The position numbers were made by a program, and so were the translations under genes. Positions 32,032 through 42,152 of a DNA stretch of 64,000 bases are shown here, one piece after another. This DNA comes from Diplonema japonicum (lineage: Eukaryota; Protista; Euglenozoa: Diplonemea): NCBI GenBank assembly GCA_964019335.1, contig OZ025649.1, positions 496,001-560,000 of the forward strand, given 5' to 3'. The notes beneath the pieces were generated by a model. That model was not told where the DNA came from, ran no database searches, and was given only the letters and a program-made list of their open reading frames with translations. Position 1 is the stretch's first letter. Each line of letters starts with the position of its first letter.

Positions 32032-35000
32032 ATGGTAGCAGCATCCTTGCTGCTGTGCACAGCTGCCCTGTCGGCTTCACTCGACAGGAAGCACATCAAT
32101 GGTGACAACTGGGTTCAGAAAACCGGCGGCTACAAGGTGAAGCCTTCAATCCCGCTGCACACAGACGTGCCGCCCAAGCAGAGGGGGACACCGCCTTACG
32201 TGCCCCCTCGTGACTGGATCTACAACACGACTGGAGGTCCTGTTGAGGGAAAGATCAATGTGCACTTGGTGCCCCACACCCACGATGACACTGGTTGGCA
32301 GGTGACTGTTGACCAGTACTTCTACGAGGAGGTGTACTACATCTTGGACACTCTCGTGATGCGCCTTCAGGAGGACCCCAACAGGAAGTTCATGTATGTC
32401 GAGACAGGGTTCTTCGCTAGGTGGTGGGACCAGCAGCCTCCCAAGAAGAAGGCACTGACGAAGAGTCTTGTTGAAAGCGGGCAGCTGGAGTTCATCAACG
32501 GTGGGTGGTGCATGCACGACGAGGCGTCGCCATACTACGTGGAGATGATCGACCAGACCACCAGAGGGCACCAGTTCCTTAAGAAGCACTTCGGTAGCAA
32601 GGGTTACCCCAAGGGCACCTGGTCTATCGACCCCTTCGGCCACTCTAACACCAACGCTTGGCTCCTTGGTGCCGAGTCCGGTATGGAATACGAGTTCTGG
32701 GGGAGGATGGACTACCAGGACTTCAACATGAGGGTGAACGAGTCGAGGCTGGAGTGGATCTGGCAGGGGTCGCAGTCCATGGGCGACTCTGCTCAGATCT
32801 TCGCAGGTGAGCTCTTCGGCGGAGGTCACGGCGGCTACGGTGGGTGGTTCGGGTTCGACGGCAACTCACCGCAGGTGCAGGACGACCCCTCGAGGCACGA
32901 CTACAACGTCGACTGGTACGTCGACCAGTTCGTGCAGCACGCAAGGTTCCAGGACAAGAGCTTCCGCACCAGCCACCAGATCTGGGCCATGGGATCTGAC
33001 TTTAACTACCAGAATGCCGACCACTGGTACCACAACCTCGACAAGCTCATCCACTACATCAACCAGAACGGCTCCGTGAATGCCTTCTACTCCACCCCTA
33101 CTATCTACGTCAACGAGAAGAAGAAGGCGAACCTCACGTGGGAGGTGCGTCAGGACGATATCTTCCCTCTTGCGGATGCTGACCACCACTACTGGTCTGG
33201 GTACTTCACCTCGAGGCCCAGCTTGAAGAGGCAGGTCCACGTTGCATCGAACTTCCTGAACGCTGCCCGTCAGATGGAGGTCGTTTCCGGTGTGACCGCG
33301 CAGCAGGTCAAGACTCCCACCGAGCGCCCTGCCCCGCCCGTCGGCCCCAGCTGGACCGACTCTCTGGAAGGAACCGTTGGCGTTGCCACCCACCACGACG
33401 GTATGTCAGGTACTGAAAGGCAGGATGTGTCTGACGACTACGAGCAGCGTATCTCCGAGTCCCATGGCGAGGTTGAGGCTGGTGTTGCCCTCTCCCTCAA
33501 CAAGCTTCTGGGCGCGAATGCGTCGTTTGAGCACTGCAACTGCAACTCTATGGGCGGCCAGAACTGCTTGAACATTTCGATGTGCGCACTGACCACCAAC
33601 GAGGCCTCCTTTACTGTGGCTGCTTGGAACCCGCTCGGCAGGTCGAGCAGGCAGGTTATCACCCTGCCCGTGACGGGCGCCGGCTGGAACGTTTCTGTCA
33701 ACGGTAAGGCTGTGCTGTGCCAAACCACTGAGCTGGATGCCAGGACCAAGGGTCTTCCTGAGCTGTACCTGAACTACTACAACATGTCTGCGTCGCAGGC
33801 TGCTGCCGCCAAGGCGGCCCTGGCAAACAAGGCAACCCATGCTCTCAGCTTCGCCATCACCATTCCCGCCATGGGCTTCAGCACCGTGACCGCACTCCGT
33901 CAGAACAACGCCAAGAGCCACGTTAAAGCCGTGAAGGCAGCGCCTAAGAAGGGCAGCACCATCTCCATCTCCAACGCGAAGTACGAGCTGTCCTTCGACA
34001 CCACCACTGGTACTACTACTGTCCTCAAGAACCTTGTGAGCAATGCCACCACGAGCCTGGTGACAGTCATTGGGTGGTACAACAGCTCTGTGGGCGGCTG
34101 CACAACCGACCCCACCACCAACCCCCAGCACATGTGCGATGGCCAGAGGAGTGGTGCCTACATCTTCCGTTCCAACAGCTCCGACGTGTTCTACCCCGGC
34201 CCCAAGGTGGTCCCTGCCCTCAACGTCGTTAAGGGAAACTTGGTGCAGGAGGTGTACCAGGTGTTCAGCCCATGGGCCACGGCTGTCTACAGGCTGTGGA
34301 GCGGGCAGGCTTACGTTGAGGTGGAATGGACAGTGGGACCCATCCCCGTTGAGACCCCATGGGTGCCCTCTGTTGTGCCCAACATGCCCAACCACTGGGG
34401 CAAGGAAGTCATCGTGAAGTACAGCAGCGGTCTGCAGTCACAGGGTGTCTTCTACACAGACTCCAACGCCAGGGAGATGGTGAAGAGGCAGTTCAACAAG
34501 AGGGGTCCTTCGTACCCGCCGCTTGTGGTGAACGAACCAGTTGCAGGGAACTACTACCCTGTGAACGCAATGATCAGCGTTCAGGACACGCAGCACCAGC
34601 TTGCGGTGCTGACGGATGTGTCGCAGGGTGGGGCGTCGCTGCAGGACGGTGCTGTGGAGCTGATGGTGCACAGGAGGCTGTTGGCGGATGACAACCGTGG
34701 GGTGCAGGAACCGTTGAACGAGACGATGTGCGGGTGCAATGACATCAACGCACAGCCCGGGCAGATGGGTGAGCATGGGCACCTGGGTGATGGTGGGTGC
34801 TGGTGTGAAGGGCTGACAATGAGGGGTAAGCACTTGTTGATCTTTGACACGATTGAGAAGGTGAACGAGCAGCGCAGGCAGTCCATGGAGGAGCTGTCGT
34901 TCTCGGCAACACTTGCCTTCAGCAAGGGATTCCCTGCGTTGGGGAAGAAGACAGAAAGCTACCTCGCGCAGGACCTCCCGGCCTCTGTGAAGCTTCTGAC

Positions 35001-35364
35001 ATTGACGAACAACTACGTGGACATCAACACAGGGAAGCTCTTGCTGCGTGTTGCACACCTCTACAGCGTTGGTGAGAGCTCTGTCTACAGTGTCCCTGTC
35101 ACAGTCGACTTCTCTGCGATCTTCGCCAAGCAGGGCCTCACCATCACCGCCATGGAGGAGACCCAGCTGACCGGCACTTACTCCCTCACTGAAATGGACA
35201 ACAAGAAGCACAAGTGGGAGACTTTCGATCCTACCGGTGGTAAGGTGCTTGAGCAGCTCAATGAGTTCAAGTCCTTCAACAAGAGGTACCCCTTTGATGT
35301 TAAGGCGTTTTCCGTCGTTGTGAGGCCTATGGAAGTGAGGACTTACCTTGTTAACTTCAGTTAG
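32032..35364 (+). CDS. Lysosomal-type alpha-mannosidase, GH38
   Basis: VHLVPHTHDDTGW, GGWCMHDEA, WSIDPFGHS, YWSGYFTSRP, HHDGMSGT, FYTDSN, AGNYYP and ELMVHRR. Confidence 0.95.
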   Translation: MVAASLLLCTAALSASLDRKHINGDNWVQKTGGYKVKPSIPLHTDVPPKQRGTPPYVPPRDWIYNTTGGPVEGKINVHLVPHTHDDTGWQVTVDQYFYEEVYYILDTLVMRLQEDPNRKFMYVETGFFARWWDQQPPKKKALTKSLVESGQLEFINGGWCMHDEASPYYVEMIDQTTRGHQFLKKHFGSKGYPKGTWSIDPFGHSNTNAWLLGAESGMEYEFWGRMDYQDFNMRVNESRLEWIWQGSQSMGDSAQIFAGELFGGGHGGYGGWFGFDGNSPQVQDDPSRHDYNVDWYVDQFVQHARFQDKSFRTSHQIWAMGSDFNYQNADHWYHNLDKLIHYINQNGSVNAFYSTPTIYVNEKKKANLTWEVRQDDIFPLADADHHYWSGYFTSRPSLKRQVHVASNFLNAARQMEVVSGVTAQQVKTPTERPAPPVGPSWTDSLEGTVGVATHHDGMSGTERQDVSDDYEQRISESHGEVEAGVALSLNKLLGANASFEHCNCNSMGGQNCLNISMCALTTNEASFTVAAWNPLGRSSRQVITLPVTGAGWNVSVNGKAVLCQTTELDARTKGLPELYLNYYNMSASQAAAAKAALANKATHALSFAITIPAMGFSTVTALRQNNAKSHVKAVKAAPKKGSTISISNAKYELSFDTTTGTTTVLKNLVSNATTSLVTVIGWYNSSVGGCTTDPTTNPQHMCDGQRSGAYIFRSNSSDVFYPGPKVVPALNVVKGNLVQEVYQVFSPWATAVYRLWSGQAYVEVEWTVGPIPVETPWVPSVVPNMPNHWGKEVIVKYSSGLQSQGVFYTDSNAREMVKRQFNKRGPSYPPLVVNEPVAGNYYPVNAMISVQDTQHQLAVLTDVSQGGASLQDGAVELMVHRRLLADDNRGVQEPLNETMCGCNDINAQPGQMGEHGHLGDGGCWCEGLTMRGKHLLIFDTIEKVNEQRRQSMEELSFSATLAFSKGFPALGKKTESYLAQDLPASVKLLTLTNNYVDINTGKLLLRVAHLYSVGESSVYSVPVTVDFSAIFAKQGLTITAMEETQLTGTYSLTEMDNKKHKWETFDPTGGKVLEQLNEFKSFNKRYPFDVKAFSVVVRPMEVRTYLVNFS

Positions 35365-36288
35365 AACAGAGAAGGAGTTAGAACAGAGAAAGAAAAAGAT
35401 AATCTAACGGATATATCTTGAGTGTGGGTGTTTTTCTAGTTTTCTTTTTTTTTTGCTTCCATGAGTAATGTCATAACGTTTTTCTTTTTTTTTTTCTTTC
35501 CCTTTTTTTTTTCCCCTCGTCGGCCAGACGTTCTCAGAGCGCAAATGCATCCGCATTTTTTTAATTTAAATTATTTTTTTTTTTTGAAATTTAAAAAAAT
35601 CCCCCCCTCTTGACCCAAGAGAAGAAGGGGAATAGCAAACAAAAAAGAAAGATTAAAACGCATATTTTTGGTCTTCCTTTTCGTTCTGAGAATTTAAAAC
35701 TGTTACTTTTGTTTTTGTTTTCTTTTTTTCTTTATTGCCGTATCACAACGTGGGGGGCAGTCATGGCAAATAGGTTCGATTTGCTAAGACGCCCTCTCCT
35801 ATCTTTTTTTTTTTATGTTGTCTGTTGTCCTCTCCCGTTTGTCCCCCCCCCCTTTTTTTCTTTTTCTTCTTTTTCTTTCCGCTCTTTCTTTCTTTCTTCC
35901 CCTCACTTTTCACCTCCCACAACAAGGTCCCATCTTCCTTTAAAGAGACTGCTATAACGAACTAGGGTTCGATTTCTTAGGTATGCAATACCAAAGGAAA
36001 TAAAAGAGGGGGGGGGGGGGGGAGAGAGAGAGGGGCAAACGGGGGGGGGAAAATAAAAGAATACAAGATAAAAAAAGAGAGAGAAAATGTAAAATCGTTT
36101 GTTGTTTTTTTTTCTTTTCTTTTTAGGTGGAGGAGGTGCGGATTTATTTCTACCTCGTTCCACCCCTTTTTTATTTTCTCTCTTTTAACCCCCCCCCCCC
36201 CAACCCTACTTTTTTATTATCACGCTTTTTTTTTTTGCCAAACCGGCAACCAAAAAAAAAAAAGGGAAAGGGAAAGGGGGAAAAAAAA

Positions 36289-38106
36289 ATGCAAAAAGTA
36301 GTGAAATGGACATTGATTTCGATGGTCTTCAGCTTTTTCTTAGTGTTCCAGGGTGGACTGTTTGTTTGGGAAGGAGACACGGGGACGGCGGCCACCAAGG
36401 AGAAACCCACCGTAGGTAAGGCAGATCCACACAGATCAAGCTTTACCCCCACGTCTTCTTCCCCCTCCCCCGCCCCGGAAACTAAAACGAAGCCACAAGA
36501 CAGAAGATCAGTTAAGGTAGAACTCCACACGGTTGTAACAGTTGGATGTGGTGGTGCTGCTACATTGAGAAGAGGCACCGGCCCTTCACAGACGTCCGTT
36601 CAAGTATACCAAACATGGGCAGCAGAACACAGTTGGTACAAAACAGGCATGGAAGGGGAGTTGACAAGAGTGATATCTGGTTGTCAAACCGACTTCGACT
36701 ACGGGTTGTTCTCTGCAACCGCTGTCCCTCTAAAAAACACCATTATAAAACCCGGGGAGAAGATTCCTGAGGAATACTACCAGAATCGCCTTCACTCATA
36801 CTTCTCCTCGTCTGCTAACAACCCAAGCTACGCACAAGGCAACAAGGCACGAATCCTCTTAGAATGGCTGCACGACGTCCCTGTTCGCGGTGACTTCATC
36901 ATGATGGTTGACCCAGACATGATATTCGGACGCAGTTTTTCACCTGTTCAGATGGGTGCTGCGCCAGGTGTCCCTGTTGCACAAGTTTATCAAATCGAGC
37001 TTAAATGGAGGACGTGGCTCACTGAGATGTGTGGTGAGGCGTGCGATTACTTCAAAGAAGTCTCTGATCACGATGCTGTTTACAAATACCACGCAGGTCC
37101 CCCATACATCTTTCACTCTAAGGATTTCACTCCCTTCCTTGAGACGTGGAAGCCCCTTGTGGACCCCATCCATAGGAAGTACCAGCGTATTGAATCCGAC
37201 ATGCTTGCTTACGTCATCACAGCCGTTAAGCTTCGCCTCCCTCACATTCTCCTTGAAAAGTCCGATTGGACCCCCGGTCCTGGTAAAGGTGCGTTGTCCG
37301 GTGGATGTCAAGGTCTCATGTTCAAAAAAGAAGGTCTTCCCAGCCCGCCTGTTCTTCACTACTGTAGTAACTATAAGGTCGACTCGCCAAGCTGGTTTAT
37401 TAACAAGCATTGGTTGAGACCCGGCCAGCTGTCTGTTTTCCATCATATCATCGACTGCGAGATGCCGTTGTTGACCCCGCCGTCCATGGAGAGCACAGGA
37501 AGCACGTCGGGCACAGACGTACAGAAGGATGTGTTCTGGTCCGGGCTTGCGATGGTCAATGGGATCAACGACATGCTTGTCGCACATAAAAAGCTGAACT
37601 GTCCCCCCGGCGTGCGTGTCGGGTTGGAGTACGGGCTGACGTTCCGCGAGAGTCAAGGCAACGACGCGTATAAGTTCGCACCCGGAACGGACCCTGGCCT
37701 CAACAACACCTACCAAGGCCTTGTGGGCGTGCACAGCTTGGGAACGCCTGACGAAAAGCTCTTGACCACTGACATCAAGAAAAGGAATACATTGCGCGAG
37801 ACATCAGGTTGGTCGTGGTACTGCGACACTCACACCACCGGTTTGGGCTGTAAAGTAGTTACTGACCACAGCGGGCCATTTTTGGTGCACCCCACAGAGG
37901 GAACCCCCGTAGTGTTCTGCAAAAAAGCCTCTCGCAGTTTTGCGGCCAAGGCTTCTGAATGCGAGGACACTGATGCCGTGTCTCTCGGCCACGCATCTCC
38001 GAAGCCGGAAAAGTTTATGGAGAGGGAGCTGTACCACTGTGAGGACCAAACTCACGCAGTGGGTGCAACATGCAAGGGAGGGAAGCTCATCGGGTACGTT
38101 GGTTAG
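36289..38106 (+). CDS. Type II membrane glycosyltransferase, hydroxyproline O-arabinosyltransferase / peptidyl-serine galactosyltransferase-like (GT95/GT96)
   Basis: N-terminal TM and stem; LTRVISG, YAQGNK..LLEWL, MMVDPDMIF (DxD), GPPYIFH..D, SDMLAY and LHYC. Confidence 0.7.
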   Translation: MQKVVKWTLISMVFSFFLVFQGGLFVWEGDTGTAATKEKPTVGKADPHRSSFTPTSSSPSPAPETKTKPQDRRSVKVELHTVVTVGCGGAATLRRGTGPSQTSVQVYQTWAAEHSWYKTGMEGELTRVISGCQTDFDYGLFSATAVPLKNTIIKPGEKIPEEYYQNRLHSYFSSSANNPSYAQGNKARILLEWLHDVPVRGDFIMMVDPDMIFGRSFSPVQMGAAPGVPVAQVYQIELKWRTWLTEMCGEACDYFKEVSDHDAVYKYHAGPPYIFHSKDFTPFLETWKPLVDPIHRKYQRIESDMLAYVITAVKLRLPHILLEKSDWTPGPGKGALSGGCQGLMFKKEGLPSPPVLHYCSNYKVDSPSWFINKHWLRPGQLSVFHHIIDCEMPLLTPPSMESTGSTSGTDVQKDVFWSGLAMVNGINDMLVAHKKLNCPPGVRVGLEYGLTFRESQGNDAYKFAPGTDPGLNNTYQGLVGVHSLGTPDEKLLTTDIKKRNTLRETSGWSWYCDTHTTGLGCKVVTDHSGPFLVHPTEGTPVVFCKKASRSFAAKASECEDTDAVSLGHASPKPEKFMERELYHCEDQTHAVGATCKGGKLIGYVG

Positions 38107-38194
38107 TGTGGGGTGTGCACTTTTGCTCATATTGTTTACTCGCTCTGCGATGTCTCTCTTCTGTAACATATCATAAGGTCCGAAACAACCATAA

Positions 38195-39569
38195 ATGGCG
38201 ACCGCTGTGGCAAACCTGCACTCGAGTGCGTTCCTGTCAAGCAGCAAGAACCACCCGTCGGTCCTCTCAGACGACATCATCACAAAGAAGGGACCAGAAA
38301 GTGATGCGGTGCTTGTTTTCAGGCTGCCGGAGTCGAACAAGGGGAGGGTGCAGACGACACTTCGGCTGCCGCTAACAGCAAGTGTAGGGGAGATGAAAAG
38401 ACAGCTGCTGGGGCTAGAGAACTTCACAGACCCAGAGTCGTTGGAACTGTGGCATGACGGGGTTGTGATGGAGGAAGGAAGGACACTGCTGACATACACC
38501 GAGACAGGATTCCTGGGGATGATAAGAGTGCGCGGGGGGCACAAAGAGATCCGCATCGCCACAGCAGGTGTAGACATTGTGTTCCCTATGAAGTGGTCCG
38601 TAGCACAGACCCTAACAGATATTCTGCGCTGCATCGTCACACGGACAAAGAAGCTCTGTGGCCGCATGCTCGACCTCACGACCATCAGGCTCTGCATGGG
38701 CGGCACTACACTCCCTATTGAGAAGTGCTACAGGTACCCAAGGCAATACCTTGACAACTCTCAAACGCTGGCATCTTTGGGCGTCAGCCAAGCAGGGCAG
38801 CCTTGCTCGGTGAAGTTCCGAAGGCTGAGGAACGGAGAGGAAGTGTTTTATCTGTTGCCGTTGGGAGGGGATTCTACGGTTGGGGATTTAGAAGAGGCGG
38901 TGGTGAAGCAGCAGAGGGAAGATGCGGAGAAAGATGCCGACGAAGGGTGGGTCGCAGGGGTGTTACGACCAAAAGCAGCCGGATCCATTCACAGGAGGGT
39001 ATGGGACGATGAGGACGAGACGGTTTCCCCCTGCGGCGTGCGGCGCATCTATCTATTCATGCCCGACAGCCCTCAGTACTGCACCTCTGAAGGGCTTAAT
39101 AAAGGCGAACCGTACTTCACGTTTCACCCTCCTAGCAAAGAGGCGCCGGCGTTCATTGACGTTGATCAGGATTATTCAGTCCCGCACTTGACAGATCTGG
39201 GTGTCATCCCTGGTGTGGTGCTCGAAATGAGCTTCTACTGCCCAGGCATCAAGGCGTGGTCCGGCAGCCTCGAGGAAGCAAAACAAGATGATGGGTCAGA
39301 GGAGGAGATTACTGTAAAGATAGAAAACGGCAGCATCTTGCGCATCCCCGCGCGCCTTGACGAACCCTTCGAGTCCATCTACTATAAGGTATGGTGCGCT
39401 ACAGGCCTCCCTCCTTTCGAGACCACTCTTATCACCGAGCAAAGCATCGCCATTCATCGGCGAGACACGTTGGACTCCCTTGGGTATGACATGACTCACA
39501 GCCACTTCTCATCCTTGCTACAGGCTTCTGCCCGAGTCTGTCTTAATCTGCAAAATCGGACCCACGTAA
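38195..39569 (+). CDS. Multi ubiquitin-like (beta-grasp) domain protein; join(38195..39483,39524..39569)
   Basis: Repeated Ubl-like segments (SVGEMKRQL..LWHDGVVMEEGRTL; LDNSQTLASLGV). A 40-nt GTATGA..CTACAG intron gives the Ubl-like end RRDTLDSLGLLPESVLICKIGPT*. Confidence 0.7.
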
Positions 39570-39778
39570 TTGAGTTTAATTTAACCTTTTTCTTTTTGTT
39601 TAACCACCGCAGCGAGAAGAACTTTCTCATCCCCCCCTTCTTTTTTTTTTTTTTTTTTTCCTCTTGCCCTCTTTGCACTTACGTGTAGGGTTTTGTTCTT
39701 TATAATTGAAAAGCGTCATTTCCCTCCTTTCCACACCTTCAAGTTAATTTGCAAGGAGCCGGATAAAATAAGAAACAA

Positions 39779-41608
39779 ATGCCATGCACGGCCAAGGGAA
39801 GGTTGGTGTTTGAGAAACCGACAGTTTCCGGAGGGAAGAAGCCCATGCACAACACACTGGTCAAGCTTATAGACGATGACTTAGGTCCTGATACAGTGCT
39901 GGCGACCGCGGAGACAGATAAGAACGGTGAGTTTGAATTCAAGTACGACCCAAGGGACGCCGGAAGCTTTGACACCCCGGACCTTAAAGTAGAGGTGTTT
40001 CTCCCTGAGGTGAGGTATAGCAAGAAAACGGAGAAGGCTGTGATTAGTTACATCCCTGTAAAGGGGTACCAACCGAAGGTGTTTTGCAATGTAAAAGGTG
40101 ATCACCATTTTGGGGACATCGTGGTGCCGTGTTGGGAGTACGCGCCTGAAGCAGTATCCTTCACACCAAGGCTGCTCATAGACGACAGCCATGTCATGGC
40201 GCAGGAACAGAGGCGGGGCCGACAGGCGATGACTGTCGAGGCTGGTATCAAGACCGCTGTTGCACTTTTTGTCCCTCCCAAGAACAAGACTATGAAGATG
40301 GATGACGAAGTACCAGGCACATCCCGGTCTGATGAGTATTTTGTCGACTTCCTGTTGAACGGCTTCAACCCGTGCGTGCTGAAGAAGGAAGCCACAGGTG
40401 TCGACGGAGCGGCGCCTCGTTATTACGTTTCTTTCAAATGGGACGGCATCGCGCAGGACGGCGTGCACTTCGCTCCGAACACCACGGCGTACCTCACCAA
40501 GGACGGCGATAGCTTCGTTCTCGCGGGCGTTGAGGTTACAAAACGCAACGGCTTCCTCACCAGATCCGCCAGGGCGGGGGTCGAAAAACCAGTGTTATAT
40601 ACCAAAGAGGGGTGCAAACCCGAGATGTGGGACAGGGTGAAGAGGCTGTGGAGGGTTAACGCGTTTCTATTCGGCGAGGCTGTCACACATTTAGGAAACA
40701 CACACTTGAACGTGGAACAGTACATCGTCCCAATGCAGAGGAACATCAGGAAGAACCCGATTCTGCAGATCCTCGCGCCGCACACGTACGGGACGGTGGC
40801 GATCAACAATGGGGCGGACAACATCCTCACGGGAGGAGCGGGGCTCGTGGTCTCGGTATCGGCAGCTACGAGCAACTCTGTGGCCGTAGTAGTCCGTAAC
40901 GGGTTTGTTGGTGTGAACTGGTACGGGTGGAAGCCGCGGGAGGCAGTCTGCGATGCACATCGATTCGCAAAGTCGCAGAAGTTGTTCTGGGACGTTGTTA
41001 CAAAACATGTTGACATGTTCTTCGAGGAGAACATCGACACCATCGTGGAGCACTGGCATGAAATCGCAAGATTTTCAGAAGAATTAGTCGAAAACAGCGT
41101 CCCGTACACGAACCAAGAAGGCACCGACGATGTTGACCCCAGTGAGGTAAATTTATCAACCCACCCGCACCCTATGCGGGCGAACGGGACAAGATCCTCA
41201 GTGTCCCCCGTCACACTGGTAGACACCCTCGACAACGATAATAAAAAGGAAAACATCGAGAATTTAAAACAGCTCTGCAGATACATCATTCACACAGCAA
41301 CCTTCGTTCACTCGTGGGTCAATGATTCGCAATATGATGTAGGCGGCGATCCCGACTTTGCTACGCTTGGTGTTGACTATGACATCACTGATTTAGCTAA
41401 ATCTGCGGCTGAGTCTGTCAGTGACGATAGCCGTAGGAAGCACACACTCACGACTTACATACTCACACAGCTGAAGTATGGGTACCTTATTAAAGATGAG
41501 GACAGCGATGTTCCGCCCAACCTGAAGAAGATCCTCAATAGTGAACGGCATGCTTTTGAGGGGCTTGGATTGGATATCAATGTTATTCGGTCATGTATCA
41601 ACACGTGA
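39779..41608 (+). CDS. Lipoxygenase-like protein with an N-terminal transthyretin-like beta module
   Basis: SDEYFVDFLLNGFNP, THLGNTHLNVEQY (two Fe-His), NPILQILAPH, TVAIN, TFVHSWVN (His, Asn) and C-terminal SCINT. N-terminal VKLIDDD..DTVLATAETDKNGEFEF. Confidence 0.8.
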   Translation: MPCTAKGRLVFEKPTVSGGKKPMHNTLVKLIDDDLGPDTVLATAETDKNGEFEFKYDPRDAGSFDTPDLKVEVFLPEVRYSKKTEKAVISYIPVKGYQPKVFCNVKGDHHFGDIVVPCWEYAPEAVSFTPRLLIDDSHVMAQEQRRGRQAMTVEAGIKTAVALFVPPKNKTMKMDDEVPGTSRSDEYFVDFLLNGFNPCVLKKEATGVDGAAPRYYVSFKWDGIAQDGVHFAPNTTAYLTKDGDSFVLAGVEVTKRNGFLTRSARAGVEKPVLYTKEGCKPEMWDRVKRLWRVNAFLFGEAVTHLGNTHLNVEQYIVPMQRNIRKNPILQILAPHTYGTVAINNGADNILTGGAGLVVSVSAATSNSVAVVVRNGFVGVNWYGWKPREAVCDAHRFAKSQKLFWDVVTKHVDMFFEENIDTIVEHWHEIARFSEELVENSVPYTNQEGTDDVDPSEVNLSTHPHPMRANGTRSSVSPVTLVDTLDNDNKKENIENLKQLCRYIIHTATFVHSWVNDSQYDVGGDPDFATLGVDYDITDLAKSAAESVSDDSRRKHTLTTYILTQLKYGYLIKDEDSDVPPNLKKILNSERHAFEGLGLDINVIRSCINT

Positions 41609-42152
41609 GCAAAACTTGAGGGAAAAAAAAAGAAGCTAGTAATAGTTTTTTATGTGTTTCCCCCCCCCCCCCCCCCCCCCCTCTTTATAAAAAACCCCCA
41701 TAAGTAACAACAAAAAAAAAGAGAACGGGGAGGGGAAATAGTGCGAGATACTCTCTTTTGGGGGGTTTTTTTTTTCCCCATATAATATTCAAAATGCAAA
41801 TGTGATTTTTTTTTTTTAAGAAAAAAAGAAAATGATAAAAAAAAAAAAATAAAAAAAAAAGATGAGTAAAGGATTTGCGCATTTTCTGCAGGTTCTGTGT
41901 CTTTTTCTTTCCAGATTTTTTCTTCTTCCCTTGCTCGAGCGGGGAGGGGGGGGAGGAAAAAAAAAAGAGAAGAAAGAAATCACGTTGTTTTTGATAGTTG
42001 TGTCGTTCTCCTCCTTTTGTTTTTCAACGTTTTTTTTCTTCTTCTTTCTTTTTTTTCTTGTATGGCTTCCCCCTTTTTTTTCTCCCCCTTTTCCTTTACC
42101 GAGACTCAAAAATGCACACAGGGGAGAAAAAAAAAAACCGAAAAGTCACTAC

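Noticed and set aside
30560-32080. 506-aa minus-strand ORF
   Set aside because: Antisense shadow of the GC3-rich GH27 gene; no motifs.
35359-35390. 17-bp-period duplication AGTTAGAACAGAGAA over the GH38 stop codon
   Set aside because: Real but likely simple slippage; nothing is inserted between the copies.
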